A stretch of DNA of 64,000 bases from Squalus acanthias (Eukaryota), in assembly GCA_030390025.1 (NCBI GenBank), contig CM059438.1:61940001-62004000 (forward strand), given 5' to 3'. This document shows positions 13,320 through 26,189 of this stretch, one piece after another (the first letter of the stretch is position 1; each line of letters opens with the position of its first letter). The position numbers were made by a program, and so were the translations under genes. The notes under the pieces are model-generated. The model saw only the letters and a program-made list of their open reading frames with translations, was not told the DNA's origin and did not search any database.

Positions 13320-13740
13320 TAGAAACATAGAATCTAGGAGCAGGAGTAGGCCATTCGGCCCGTCGAGCCTGCTCCGCCATTCAATACGATCATGGCTGAT
13401 CATCCAAATCCAGTACCCTGTCCCTGCTTTAATCCCCACAGTACACATATCCCACCCTACCCCCGTAACCCCACGTATTTAATTCCCCCTAACATATCCC
13501 ATCCTATCCCCATAACCCCACATATTTAATCCCCCCTAACACTAAGGGTCAATTTATCATAGCCAAATCAACCTAACCCGCACATTTTTGGACTGTGGGA
13601 GGAAACCGGAGCACCCGGAGGAAACCCACGCAGACACGGGGAGAATGTGCAAACTCCACACAGACAGTCACCCGAGGTCAGATTCGAACCCGGGTCTCTG
13701 GCGCTGTGAGGCACCAGTGCTAACCACTATGCCACCGTGT
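13320..13740 (-). mobile_element. HE1-type (V-SINE) tRNA-derived SINE with CR1-type tail
   Basis: Minus-strand A box tggcatagtgg (13724-13734), B box ggttcgaatc (13681-13690), V-domain-like gtgggtttcctccgggtgctccggtttcctcccaca; tail nearly identical to the CR1 3' end at 56735-56850. Confidence 0.85.
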
Positions 13741-15568
13741 TACTCCGTGCCAGTGCTCAGACATTCAGTTCTGCATACTGTAGTAATCTTCTTTTTTAAT
13801 ACCGACTTGCTCCCCTCGCTGCTGAGTTGTAGGTCCCACCTATGCTGCTTTGGGAGTTAGACATTTCCATGTAGGAGTACAGTTGGAGGAGAGTTCTTGA
13901 GTAGGTTGGTCTTGCATGCTCCCTAACAGTGGCCAGGTTAGGTAATGGCCTGGGAGCTGTTATCCCTGCTCTGTTAAGCCATGGGAGAAACTTGAAAGGG
14001 AGGACAATAGTAAATAAAACCTATTGTAGGATGGTTGGATGACTAATCAGGTCGAGCTTTATCCCAGCAGGTTTGTTGAATGATCTTGTTTTATAGATTC
14101 TAATAAGACCTCTTGGTTCTGATGCTATCATACCATTGCCTCCAACCTTCCTCCTGTCCTGTCTTGTCTCTTTAATCTCTCTTACTCCCAATTGACCTTG
14201 CCTTCATTTCCAAAATTTGTTTGTGTTTACCCTATCCCTGAGAGGGTGATTCCTCTTGTCCTTGTATTGACCTGATTCTGCGGACATGGGCAGCTCTCCA
14301 GTGCCTCTGCCAAGTGGTCATTCTTCATGTAAAGCCAGATAGAGAGTGTCCATTCCTCACAGCTGTGCTCGACTTTTGTCCTCGCTTGATGTGAACACCT
14401 GCACATTTTGCAGCACTCACTGAACCATTGAGAACTCATTATTTTAATGCCCCATGTGTTGTCATAACTATTCCAGCTGGTCATTATGCTGCCTGTAATG
14501 ACCAGGAATGCTCCAGAAGGTTGTGTTAATTGAAGCTCATGATTTGAAATTGTGATTTTGGCTTCTGGCTCATCATGAAGAAACATTTTCCAGTCTTTGT
14601 ATGATGTTGATCATATGGACACGAGAAAACATGTCTCCATTATTGTGAGGGTGGTTGAGTTTGAATCACGTATATTAACTTGTAAAAATATTTCACCACA
14701 AACTGCAGCTGGGCTCAATCCCTTGGCTTTACATAGTTACCCTTTTACAGGAGAGGTTAGTAATTTTATTGTTTGGCTGTGTGCTGAGGGCAAAGATTAA
14801 ATTCTATTCTGTAAAATCGTCAAATTACATGAATACTAAAATATCAAGTGTTGTCTTTAGACTTGTTTACTGTTTTGGTACCAGTGTGCTACAGGAAAAA
14901 TCAATGTTGTGTGAAGCTCTTACTTCCTCTTTCATCTCAAATTGCTCCCACCACAACCACTACTTCTGACAGACCTGGATCTGAATAGTTCACCCTGGTG
15001 TCTCACAGCTCAAAATGCTTTCTTCAGATACAAGTTTGGACAGACCAAATCGATAATTGTATTGCTGGGTGTAACTTGCACAAAAATTTCACATGCCCAC
15101 TTTCATGAAATTTTTGTAACACCACTGAGATTGAAGGCTAAGATTTGATGGCTGTGGGTTTATACAGTGGGTACCTGAGCTAGGAAGTTCCAAAGTTTGA
15201 TCTCTGGTCTGTGCTGCATTAACTAATCTCCGTTCCAATTAGCCTCAACGCCCCTGGGTTAGGGAGGGGGAAACAATCCTGGGTTTCTATTGCAAATCAC
15301 TATCCACTGCCTCCTGCTGGAACATGTGTCGGTTATGGATATCTGGTAAGGGTAGGAATGGACTTGCCTGCAATGCTCCCTGCAGTTGAAAAGCTGCAAA
15401 CACTCACTGTCAAGCCTGTCACGTGATACTGATGCTCATGAAACTTTATCCCAACCATGAGTTGATGTCTTCAGGAAAGGGGAGAAAATTGGTGAAAAAG
15501 ACAAGTGGAGTTGTAGATGTTAAAATGGAGAGTTGTTTGTGGCTCAATATGATCTTTTCTTTCAGTAG

Positions 15569-15663
15569 AAAAACAGCTGCTCGTTGGAGCCAATGTGCAG
15601 TGTTAACATAGGTCCAGAATGCCTTGCTCTGTCCCTGGATTGGTCAACGGGAAGAGGAGAACA
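15569..15663 (+). CDS. DPH7: DPH7 coding exon 4
   Basis: [31 protein letters not shown]; distal AG of a CAGTAG acceptor; gtaagt donor, phase 2. Confidence 0.92.
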
Positions 15664-16812
15664 GTAAGTCTTTATTCCCGCTCCTTTCCTTTAGTTGGTG
15701 AGTTTCCTTTTTACGGTATTTTCACCCTACCCATTTCTTGAATCGCCTGGAGCTGACGTATGAACTAATTTCAGGCCTCTATTATTGTGTGGTGAAACTT
15801 GGTGGTTGCTGGGAGGTACATGAGAATGGCCTGGGGTGACATGTAGGAACATATAAAAATTGCCGGACAGGAAAAAACAGCTGGTCCATCTAGCCTGTCC
15901 CATACAGTCGTGATGCCTTATGCTTCATGATCCATATTGGGTCCATATCATCTCCAGGGAGAGGCAAAAAAAACAGATTAAAAACCCATGGCCAATTAGG
16001 GAAATACAATCTGAAAAATTCCTCTCTAAGCCCATTAAAACTAGTCCAGGAGACTACATTGACCATGACTTATGGTACATACCTATTGTATGATGTGATC
16101 TCTGCCCCAGCCAGGACCTGGTCCAGCTCTCTTTTAAAGGTATACAGTGAATCAGCACTCGCTGCACAAGCCAGCAACTTGTTCCATAAGTCTACTATTG
16201 TCTGGGAAAAGAAGAACCACCTAACATCTAACTTGGTTCTACCCATGTGTAACTTGTATAAGCATGAACTCTGGTCTCCCCAACCTATCTATCTAACTGA
16301 AATAATTTGTCAGTGTGGACACAATCTACTCCATTAATCATTTTATAGCAGTTGGTCAAATCGCCCTTGAGTCTGCATTTCTCTATAGAATATAGACCCA
16401 GCTTTTTGAGCCTAACTGGTGAGCTAATGTACTGCATTATGTCACCATTCAGCACTGAGGTGTGGTAAATAGATTGACCTTTAATATGTATCTGACTATA
16501 TTTGATGTTGACATTGGATGACAAGTAGAAAAAGTATTCCACTTCACAGAACTGGCATCCATCACCTTGATTTAGCATGAGAATTTCATCCAAAAAATGT
16601 TTTTAATGTAGTTTTTGTGATCAGTTCCTCCACTTTACAATTCCATAACCTTTAAACATGTCAATTCACTGTAACTAGGTGTTAATATTTAGTAAAATGT
16701 ATTCTCTTATAGCTTCTGTTATGTATGTTTTCTGCTTTTAAAGCTGAATTCGGTTGTGCATGTAAAATGTTATGGTTCTAATCTGAAGATCTTTTCCCTT
16801 CTCTGCTGACAG

Positions 16813-16976
16813 TGAGCCAGTGAAGATCATCAGCAGTGACTCAAAGGGCTGCCTGAGCCTGGTGTCTGTGGATGGCTGTCGACCAGCACTGGATGTGGTC
16901 TCTCAGTGGAAGGCGCATGACTTTGAGGCTTGGATTGCAGCTTTCAATTACTGGAACACAGACGTTGTTTATTCGG
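16813..16976 (+). CDS. DPH7: DPH7 coding exon 5
   Basis: [12 protein letters not shown]...[27 protein letters not shown] bounded, phase 2 in and phase 1 out. Confidence 0.95.
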
Positions 16977-18580
16977 GTACCTTGTCAAGTCTTCCTGAGC
17001 AGTTGAGAGTGGCAGAAGTCAGCCCCAAACATGCTCTCGATTCTTAGCTGTGCATGAAATGTGGCTTTACTTCCACAACATTAGCAGACTGTTATCCTAG
17101 CACTTGCTCTCTGACTTTCTCCCCTCCAATCCTGAAGATGTTGATCTACTGTTCCACAGGTGCATTCTGCCCTCTAGTACCTCACCCAAGTATCCATTCC
17201 TGACGTGTAAATCTAGACAATTCATGTCAGCAGACTTCTGCACGTCAGCAAATTTCCCAACTGAAGGGGGAGAGGAGAACATCACAACAGTTTGTTCCTG
17301 TTCTCACCTGATGGCCACTTTTCAACATGGATGGATGGTAAAACAGGAGCCTTTCTGATTTTTCTCCCCCGCCCCACATTGCAGCTGACGCCAATTAAAG
17401 TACCAGTACCCCAGCTAAGGTTCAGTAACTTGGCACAGACCAGGCATTGAACTGAGCATCTTCCTGTACCTTTATTGGGTTGTACATATACCCACTAATC
17501 CATCAGAGGAGCACTCTGCAGTATTCTAAACGGAATAGATGAAAATGGAGGCTTTAATTTAATCTGGAAGGATAGTGGAGTGTGAGCTTTCAAAATTAAA
17601 TAATTGTTTGCTAAATGAAAGTTTAGAGATAATTTATCCTATAAAGGCCATCTGCCCCCAGGGCTCTGTCAATACTGCTGTATTGCCAGGTACTTGGAAT
17701 GAGTGAGTCTGGTACACAATACTCCTGTATCAGGACAATCCTGCGTGTGGTATACATACAACTCTCCAAGGATCTTGTGACTGGTTATACCTGGTCCAAG
17801 CTCTGACGATGCAGGGGAACCTCCCGACTGCATTGCTCCAATGATGAAAGGTCGTACCTGAAATGTTAACCAGTCTCTTCTATTTTACATGCTAACTAAC
17901 CTATGGATTTCCAACATTTTCAGTTTATATTTGATTTCCAGTATTTTTTTTTTCTTTTGCTTTGTTTCTCTGATTCTATTTTAGAAAGACAGACACCAGT
18001 GTTGTAATTGGAACTTGGTTCACTGGCAACTTGACAGTTCTGAGTTTGTCAACCTTCGTGTAGGATCCAGGGATCAGTACCTGATGACTTTAATGCCACA
18101 AGCAGCAGTGTCTTGCCTTAATGATGGCTATGTGGAGGCTTGTAATCTCTACATTCCACACAGTTGCAACCATAGTAGAAATTTCCCTATGTAGTGCAGT
18201 TTTTTTTTAATGCTTTCTCTCTTTCTCCCCCCCCCCCCCCCCCCCCCCCCAATTTTTCTTCTCCTTTTGATGAAAGGACTGACTCTTGCTGAGGCATACT
18301 TGCATCAGCTGGCCAACGGAACCTTCATGTGCAATCCTAGCCAGGAGTATTGGCAGGCTATGCATTCATGGGAAGCATCACAGCCAAGTCAGATTCTGTC
18401 CTCGCCTGACATCTGCACTGACACATTTTCAGCAGGATAGCAATCATCCCTGGCTGAGTACCCTGGTCCAATCAATTGTGTGATTTGAGAATCTGTTTAA
18501 TTTGAAAGCTGATTAAAAAATCGTGGGCTATGTATGTTTATTGCCTGATTTTTTTTTTTTCTCTTTCTCCCTCTCTCCAG

Positions 18581-18653
18581 GAGGAGACGACAGCAAGCTG
18601 AAAGGCTGGGACACGCGGATGGGGACTGACAGGCCAATCTTTATCAACAATGG
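18581..18653 (+). CDS. DPH7: DPH7 coding exon 6
   Basis: Long polypyrimidine tract then ag; GGDDSKLKGWDTRMGTDRPIFINN; phase 1 in and phase 2 out. Confidence 0.95.
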
Positions 18654-19785
18654 GTACATGCACATTTTATTTGATCGAGCCACCTGTGTATTCATTGTTA
18701 ATGCACTGGTCACATAGCTTCGAGGATTTGACTGGGGCTTTTCTACTTAAATTTGTATATTCTGGTGGATCTTTGTGCTTAGTTTAAGGTGAGTTATATC
18801 AGACCTGGGGAATAGAACACATTTTCCAACAAATATTATTAAACATTCCCAGGGTTCGGGTACAGCTTGAGTTAGATTCAGAGGAAAAGATCCTTTTATG
18901 TCGCCCATCAATCTCTCATAGGTTAAGTATAGCATGGATTAGATGCTCGGTATAGTTCCCTGTACACCGCTCAATGGACAATATTGTACTGCGGGCCTTC
19001 ACCCATGAGGAATTTAATTGAGACTGCCCCCAAACTCATTTTGCATAAGACCTTCACAGGTAGGTAGAGGGGAGAATTTTATCCCATCAGCAGGGCAGGA
19101 TTCCAGCGCGGGTCCCAGAGGTGAAAGGACAGTGTCTAAAGCCCCGCGTCAACCAGTCCCACACTTGAATTTATAGCAATGAATTGACTTATCTGCTGCC
19201 AATTCTCTTGCGTTTGTCCTGGTCATTCCAGTTGTTTTAGCAAGGGCTAGTTTTATATATTGCTTTTTTGCAGGTTTTTATTTTGTAATCTTTTGTACTG
19301 TGCTGAGAAAGAATCAAAGTTCATGTTAAAACTCTTTGTTGGATAATTGGCACAGAGGAAGGAGGAAGAGAGCAGCTACTTAACACTTCACATTTTCCTC
19401 CTGGTTGGTAAAACTGTTGCACCAGATGACTGGTTTGATTTCACTAACCACTGCACAGAACCTTGGCAATGTGTCAGCCATCACAGGGGAGCCCGCTCCT
19501 GTCTTCAGTCAACATCCACACATATGTACTTTTGAACAGGGCTCAATGGATAACCATCAAGAATGGGAACCCTGGCTAACATTTCTCCCTCCCTAGCCCA
19601 GTGAGGCCAATAATACCACTTCTACTGCTATGCTAGTTGAGATAGCCGACTCCGCACAGACTGGGCATTGAACTTGGGAGCTTCTGGTCTTTATGCTGTC
19701 TTTACCAGCTGAGGTTTTCATTGAGGTTTTAAAGGGAAATGGAAAATCCCAAAACGACGTTTTATTTTTAAAAATTGTTTTTCAG

Positions 19786-19851
19786 GCATTCGATGGGAGT
19801 GTGCAGTATCCAAAGCAGCCCTCACAAACAACACATTCTAGCTACTGGAAG
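19786..19851 (+). CDS. DPH7: DPH7 coding exon 7
   Basis: HSMGVCSIQSSPHKQHILATG(S); ttcag acceptor, gtaaga donor. Confidence 0.95.
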
Positions 19852-20327
19852 GTAAGATTTCTGCTCAACTTACTAAAACTATAGCGACTGTACTGTTTGT
19901 TGTGCGAGGATTTGTGATGTGCTGCTACATGAGGGTGAACTCACAACTTTACCCATGTCTGTCTTTGGGACACCAGTAAAGACAATAGTCGATATTTTAC
20001 CCGAAGCAAAGTCTGTGATCGCTTCACTGATCGATGCAGGCACATACCTCTGTATTTTCCCATCTTTGCAGAAGCTGCATCTCCTGGTGCCACTGGTAGA
20101 GGGCTGGCGCAGTAGCCAAAAAGGAGGCTGAGAAGAAAAATTGCATCTAAAAGAAATAAAAAATAAAAAAATCTTGTTCAGAAAAGAAAGTAATGTACTT
20201 CAACCACGAGATTGCAACTAATTCAGCAATAATAAGGACATTTTTATTTTAATTCCTGTCCTTGCAACATTTGGATTTGGGTAACTATTGGAGTGAATTG
20301 ATTTATTTAATTCTGTTTTGTTTCCAG

Positions 20328-20500
20328 TTACGATGAGCATGTTCTTATCTGGGATTCCCGGCAGATGAAACAGCCTCTGGCGGATACCCACGTCCAGGGA
20401 GGTGTCTGGAGGGTGAAGTGGCATCCAGCTCAGGAACATCTGCTGCTTGCAGCATGCATGCACAATGGGTACCACATCCTGGACTGTGAGGGGGCACTCG
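20328..20500 (+). CDS. DPH7: DPH7 coding exon 8
   Basis: [33 protein letters not shown]...AACMHNG; tttccag acceptor, gtgagt donor. Confidence 0.95.
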
Positions 20501-20589
20501 GTGAGTCTTTAGCAGGTACCAGCCTAAAAGGCGCATCTTAAATGCCGATGTCTAGCTGCTAAAATGGAAGCGGTATTGTGCATCAGTGA

Positions 20590-20960
20590 GTTTAGCCAGC
20601 TCACCCAGTAGCTTAATGAGTAAATTAACTGGTGTGGTACTAAGCCATACAGATTAGAAATGTCCCAGGCTTGATCCTTGGTCTGTTGGTGAGTTATCTG
20701 ATCTCCGCAGAGATTGCAATTGGAGTGGTAAATTTGGCATCAGTGCCCCTGGGCTAGGTAGGGGGGGGAATCAGCCAGGGCTTTTGTTCATCATTGCTAG
20801 AAAGAGCACGTTGTGTTGATGTCAGATGAGGGCAGGATCAGGTTCAGCTGTGATGCCTACCATGGTTGTCTAGGCTCGTGCATGAAGAATGGTCACTTGG
20901 TCAAGGTACCAGAGAGCTGCTGACCCTCGTGGAACTGTAACCAACATAAGTCGGAGAGGA
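20590..20960 (+). mobile_element. Old dispersed SINE-like repeat (best-preserved copy of a family with several copies in this window)
   Basis: Shares motifs (ggtctgt...gatctc...gcccctgggctagg...cagccaggg...gggcaggatcagg..cagctgtgat) with copies near 10085-10290 and 15180-15425 (+) and several minus-strand copies. Confidence 0.6.
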
Positions 20961-23446
20961 AAAAAACTCTTCTAACCTCTGCTGGGATATATCCTTAGTT
21001 CGTAGCTCCTTCAACCTTATTGACCAGGATCCTGGGCCTGCTTGGAACTGAATTCTGGGATTCTCTGCAGAGCCCCTTCCTTGTCCATTTACAAGCTGAT
21101 GTCAGTAGAGCAGCTCTCTGGTGGAAGACGGGCCCTGAAATGGAGATCTCCATGGGGACAGTAAAAGAACAAAAGAATTGGAAGATAGTTCCTTGCAATT
21201 CAGAGATTTTACCCCAATTTTTCTATATTTCCCTATATGGGAGAAAGGACTAATTTTTATATTTAAAGCAATCTTTTCCCTGAGCCATTCTTGAGTCCTG
21301 TGACTAGTTTCTGATTGCTGCAATCCACAACTGAAGGGGAGATGTTTTGGCACTTCTGTAGATGCCATTCCATAAAGTAACGGGAGTTAAGCTTGTCCCA
21401 CAGGCTGAGAGAATTTACATCTCCCTGTTCTGCCATTTCCCTTTTAATTGTCTGTGTTGCTTTAAATTTCACCACAGTTTTCAGCTCCTACCACTAATAT
21501 GCTCCCTGCGGCTATCCAAATGTGCTCTTGGAGCTGTGAATAATTATGTAAACTTCATACTTCGAACTTCATACTCCTTTCTTAACCTTTTAGAACTGAC
21601 TTACCAATTATAGTATCCCAATTGTTGAAATTAACTAACTCCGCACAGACCCGGCATTTAACCTGCAACCTTCCTAGTCCGCATGTCTCAGCTACTCATT
21701 AGGTACACTTGCTGAGCCATTGGTGGGTTGTTGGGAAGGTTCCGAGTAATGGAATTTCACACAAATTCCCTCGATGCTGTTTTACAGCTGGTGATTGATG
21801 CTATCTTGTGGCCAGAGATTGAAATTGTAAGAGTAAATATAGCAATCACAAAGTTTAAATAAAATGAGTAACTCTCTCTTTACCACTGACTGCAACTAAA
21901 ATAGCATGAAAAGAGAAAGCAGTGAACCCCCATGAGTGCTTACAAAAAGCCTGGAAAATGATTGGTCTGAAGGCCAAACTACCACGATTGGTTCAGTGAA
22001 AGATGTATGCTGAGTGAGTTGATCTCATGGAAGAACCTTTGAACAGTATTGAATGGGGCCCAAAACATAGTTGGATGTGTGAAGGAATAAGCCTTATAAC
22101 CTATTCAGAAAAATACACTATCTTATGAAAGAATTCTGGCCTTATTAAAACATGACAAACTGGGTTTGGAAATTTAGAAACTTAACTATGAAATAGCTGT
22201 GAAAGCATTCTGGCTATTGAGATAAGACAGTTGTTGACCCTGAATAAATAACCTTATTGAAACAGAAGGTGAAGGGCTCTGACAGGCAGACCTTTGGGAA
22301 CAAAAACAATGGTTCACCATGGATAAGGTGTTCTAATTTACACTTTATAAAGAGGCACATAAGATAAGGAACATCTGCCCTCATAAAGATGACATCAAGT
22401 AAGGAACACCTGCCGTTGCACTGTTTTTTATATGATAAACTTAGAACACCTAGAGAGGAGACATGATTCTGCAATGCTACCAGCTGAGGTGGTTGTAAGA
22501 GTTGCAGAGGTCGGCAGAAAAATGACTAGAGATAATTAACTTGCATCAGCAGAAAATCTTAAAGGAAATACCACTTGGAAAAAGGTATAAATATTGAACT
22601 CTCAAATGGGATACTGGACTCGCTTTAATCGGGCAAAGCGATTCTCGGCTTCAGAGGCAGCTCTGTAGTCTCTAACTCTTTGTACCTCGGGGATCAAAGG
22701 TATTTGATTTTGGTGGATATCCTGTAGAACACGGAGAACTGTAAAACTGTAGTGAAGTTAAGATTTAAAAGTAAGATTCTCTGATAAGATTGTAAGTTTT
22801 CTCTTTTTGGGACTGTTAATGTTGCGATTGACTCACCAACTGTAAAGTGTATGTCGGTTCTTTAATAAATCTATATATTTTTAGAATTGTCTCAAGATTT
22901 CTGTATCAAAAACTCGCAAACTCAATTTCTGTACACTCTTTGGTGAGGAGTTGCAGAATTCTGGGGGAGTTTTCCGGACCCTCATAATATCCGGAACGTT
23001 ACAGTCTAGCTAAACTTATTAAAAGCGCTATCTGGAGGATGGTAACATTCTCGGGTTGTTTCTTTCCTTTAGGGAGAGATAGTCCAGACCTTTAGACCCA
23101 ATTAAGCGTCTTTTAGGATTCGGCTACCTCAAGCTTTAGTTGAAAGTGAACGTCTGAGAAATACACCTGATCCGGGGTAGCCCTAAAGGGGCTAGGACTA
23201 GTAATTATCCCTTCAGATGTATGTCTGCCTTCCAGTGATAGCTCAGGTGGTGTGTAATTGAGCCAGATAGTCAAGTCCCAGGTTTGATGTCCATGCACTT
23301 GCCAACCGAAACACAGGGAATCATTCCCTCCTGAAGCTTTAATCTCAAGGCCTTATTGAAATTTTCAGCATGCCAGTGGAACTGTACTTTTCTCTGTTGC
23401 ATACGTTTGATTTACTGGATTTAACCCTGTTGCTTTTTTCTTCCAG

Positions 23447-23919
23447 CTGCGGGCGGCGAGGGCTGCCCCATTGTTTATTCCTACATATTGCACAACTCGC
23501 TGGCCTATGGGGCAGACTGGTCAAGACTATCGCTTGATGCTCAGCTCGCCACGGAGCGTCGGCCTGTGTCTTCGTCTTCAGCTGAAACCCAGAGTAAAAG
23601 GGAATATGAACAAGGAGCAAAGGAAGCGGAGGTCAAGTTCCAGCACCTGAAGATTCAGTACGAGTCTCCCACTGGCTTATTTGACATGGTGGTGGAAGAT
23701 GAGGGGGATGATTACGGAGCTGAGTATCCTGGCAGTTTGCAGGCCAGTGGTACATCTCCGAGTCCAAATATGGACCCAGCTGTAGTAGAGCAGCACGATC
23801 CTGCAGCGCGTGTTGATTGGACTAAAAGTAAAGCCAGCCTGTTGGCAACATGTTCCTTCTATGACCATATCTTGCATGTTTGGAGATGGGAAAGTAGCAA
23901 TATTGTGTCTTCCACTTAA
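23447..23919 (+). CDS. DPH7: DPH7 coding exon 9 (last)
   Basis: ttccag acceptor; LHNSLAYGADWS...LLATCSFYDHILHVWRW; TAA stop at 23917-23919. The nine exons sum to 1413 nt with consistent phases. Confidence 0.95.
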
Positions 23920-23962
23920 CTTTTTTTTAAAACCTTTACAAATTATCATTTTATAAAATTAA

Positions 23963-23968
23963 AATAAA
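23963..23968 (+). terminator. DPH7: Candidate polyadenylation signal of DPH7
   Basis: AATAAA about 44 nt after the stop codon, followed by GT-rich sequence. Another AATAAA at 25719-25724. Confidence 0.5.
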
Positions 23969-26189
23969 GCCACTTCTTGCATAACTGGTAATGTGTGTGG
24001 GGGAGGAGCAGAGACTGACGGTTTGTTTCAGTAGCCTATAGAAATATTACAAGGTCGGGCACTATGTTGTATAACAAAGATGGAGCAATATTCTAACATG
24101 GGGGTGGTGGGACTCCACTGGAATTTCCTGATCTCAGTCAGCTGTGGAGGTGGGCAGACCATTAATTGGTTATTGTTAAAGTATAAGAAATGTGATACTT
24201 AATAGGTTGGAAAAAAAAAAGTATAATCCAGAAATATTTGAATTGTAATACACAGTGCATTGTAGCCTGAAATCTCTCCATATCCCTTCTAGTGCCACTA
24301 GGCATACCAATGGATAAGTTGACATGAAAATTAAGAAGTGTGAGCGGTTTATAGAAGATATGTAAATTTCTCTATCACCACCTAGGATTCCATTTTTTTT
24401 TATTTGTGGTGATTTTTTACACTTCTAGATGTTTACTGGTGTCAAAGCTGCCTTTGTACCTCAGGCAATAATGCATAAGATGGTGCTTCATAAACTTGCC
24501 TCAGACACCATGTCACGTGGCTGGTAAATTATCCCAGTTCACTTTTTGTGGTGAGACAAGAACCTATGCAATTGAACCTCCTTATAACAAACCTTTCCCT
24601 TGGTCCTGTGGGCCTCTATATTCACTAAAGTCTCAGACCTCAAAGCGGAGCTCTTGCTAAAAGCTGCTTTGGGATTTCCTGGAATTCTATAGTGGTCAGG
24701 GGTGACTAAATTTATTTTACTGAAGTATGTAGTTAAAAACTATATTTTTGTGTCAATCTTTCTACAACTGCCTTCATTGATGTTTAAATCAGTTTGTAAA
24801 TGTGTGTACAAACATGTCTTAAAGGAGCTCTAGAACATAATTAAAATGACATTTAGTTGTTTAATCATGTCTGAGCTTTTGATTTTTCTTCATGAAAGAG
24901 CACTTCAGTTTCCTTGATTGAAGTAATGATAGCTCCACACTGATCTAGAGATTACGCACACATTCGGGTATTTTTCTAAGGAGCAAAAGTTCTTGCAATG
25001 ATGCCCTACTCCATTTGTCTATTGTTCCAGTCCTTCATCCTCAGTCTCTTCCCCCTGTAGCGGCCTGGGCCTTTTGATGAGAAGGGCCAGCATTTCGTGA
25101 GGAATGGTGAAAGGAGTCAAGGGCAGCTGTAACTGTTTTTCCAAAAGGCACTGTCTTTAAAACATAAGATTTATAAATGTGTTTGCAAATGTGTACATAA
25201 AACTGATTATTTAATCAAATTGGTGCCAAAACAATTTACATTTATATAATGTTCCTTGAGTAGAAACACGACCCAGTCATCTAAACTGTGGCTATATTCC
25301 TGAAATAGATGATCCTTTAGAGAAGCGAGAATTTTTTTAAACCCGAAAATGTAAAACACCAACATTCAATTAGTGTTCAGTAAAATATAGTTATTGGGCT
25401 GCTGCAGTGTTATTCCCCAAAGTTTCAATTGTAGAACGAGTGTTTGTATTTCATCTGATTTTTGTCCCCCTGGAGCTGCAGCAATGCCAATGTTACTTTC
25501 TCCCAGGTAGGCCTGTGCCAACATGCTTCGTTTGCCAATAAACACCACTTATGGTTTTGGACTTTGCTCACATTTATCTTTTCCAAAGACGACCAATTCT
25601 CCCAACCAGGGTGTGACTTTATCTGTGTCTGAAATCGCAGCCTGGCACAGGAATTGGAAGCTGTTACTAGATTTAGCTTATTGGATATATGAGCCTTCTG
25701 GTGACTTCATAGGGGAACAATAAACACCGTTTGGGCTATAAATTACATAACTGGTTTATTAAGTCAGGTAAACTAGCAAGAAACAGCTTGCAATATTTTT
25801 ACAGAACTTTCTCCTTTCCCTCCTTTGGTACTAGAACAACAAAGGTAAAATTTCACTAACTCTACTGATCATAGTAAAGCTGGACTAGAATTTTGGCAAA
25901 CAAATTTCCAAAACTTAAATAACCCCATAAAACATAAAATGGTTCAGAATTTTTTCAACTGGATTTGAAACAGCTGAGTGACTTAAAAAAAAACTTTTTT
26001 CTAAGCATTTACAAATAAACCTCTAATAGGTGTTGTTGATCAGATAGCAGTCTGAGCAGTTCATAAAACACAGCAGTTGTTAATGCTACATATTCCTGAC
26101 ATATAGCTGAGAATTCAATCACCAGTATTTTGGAAAGAGCAAAGAAACTCCAATCCACAAGGGACACTCCCGTCTCATCTTTAAGTCAT

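Noticed and set aside
13670..13740. tRNA gene
   Set aside because: A and B boxes continue into a V-SINE body and LINE tail, so this is a SINE head.
21826..23002. Possible solo LTR (tgtaag...gttaca with internal AATAAA)
   Set aside because: No matching TSD and no second copy in the window.
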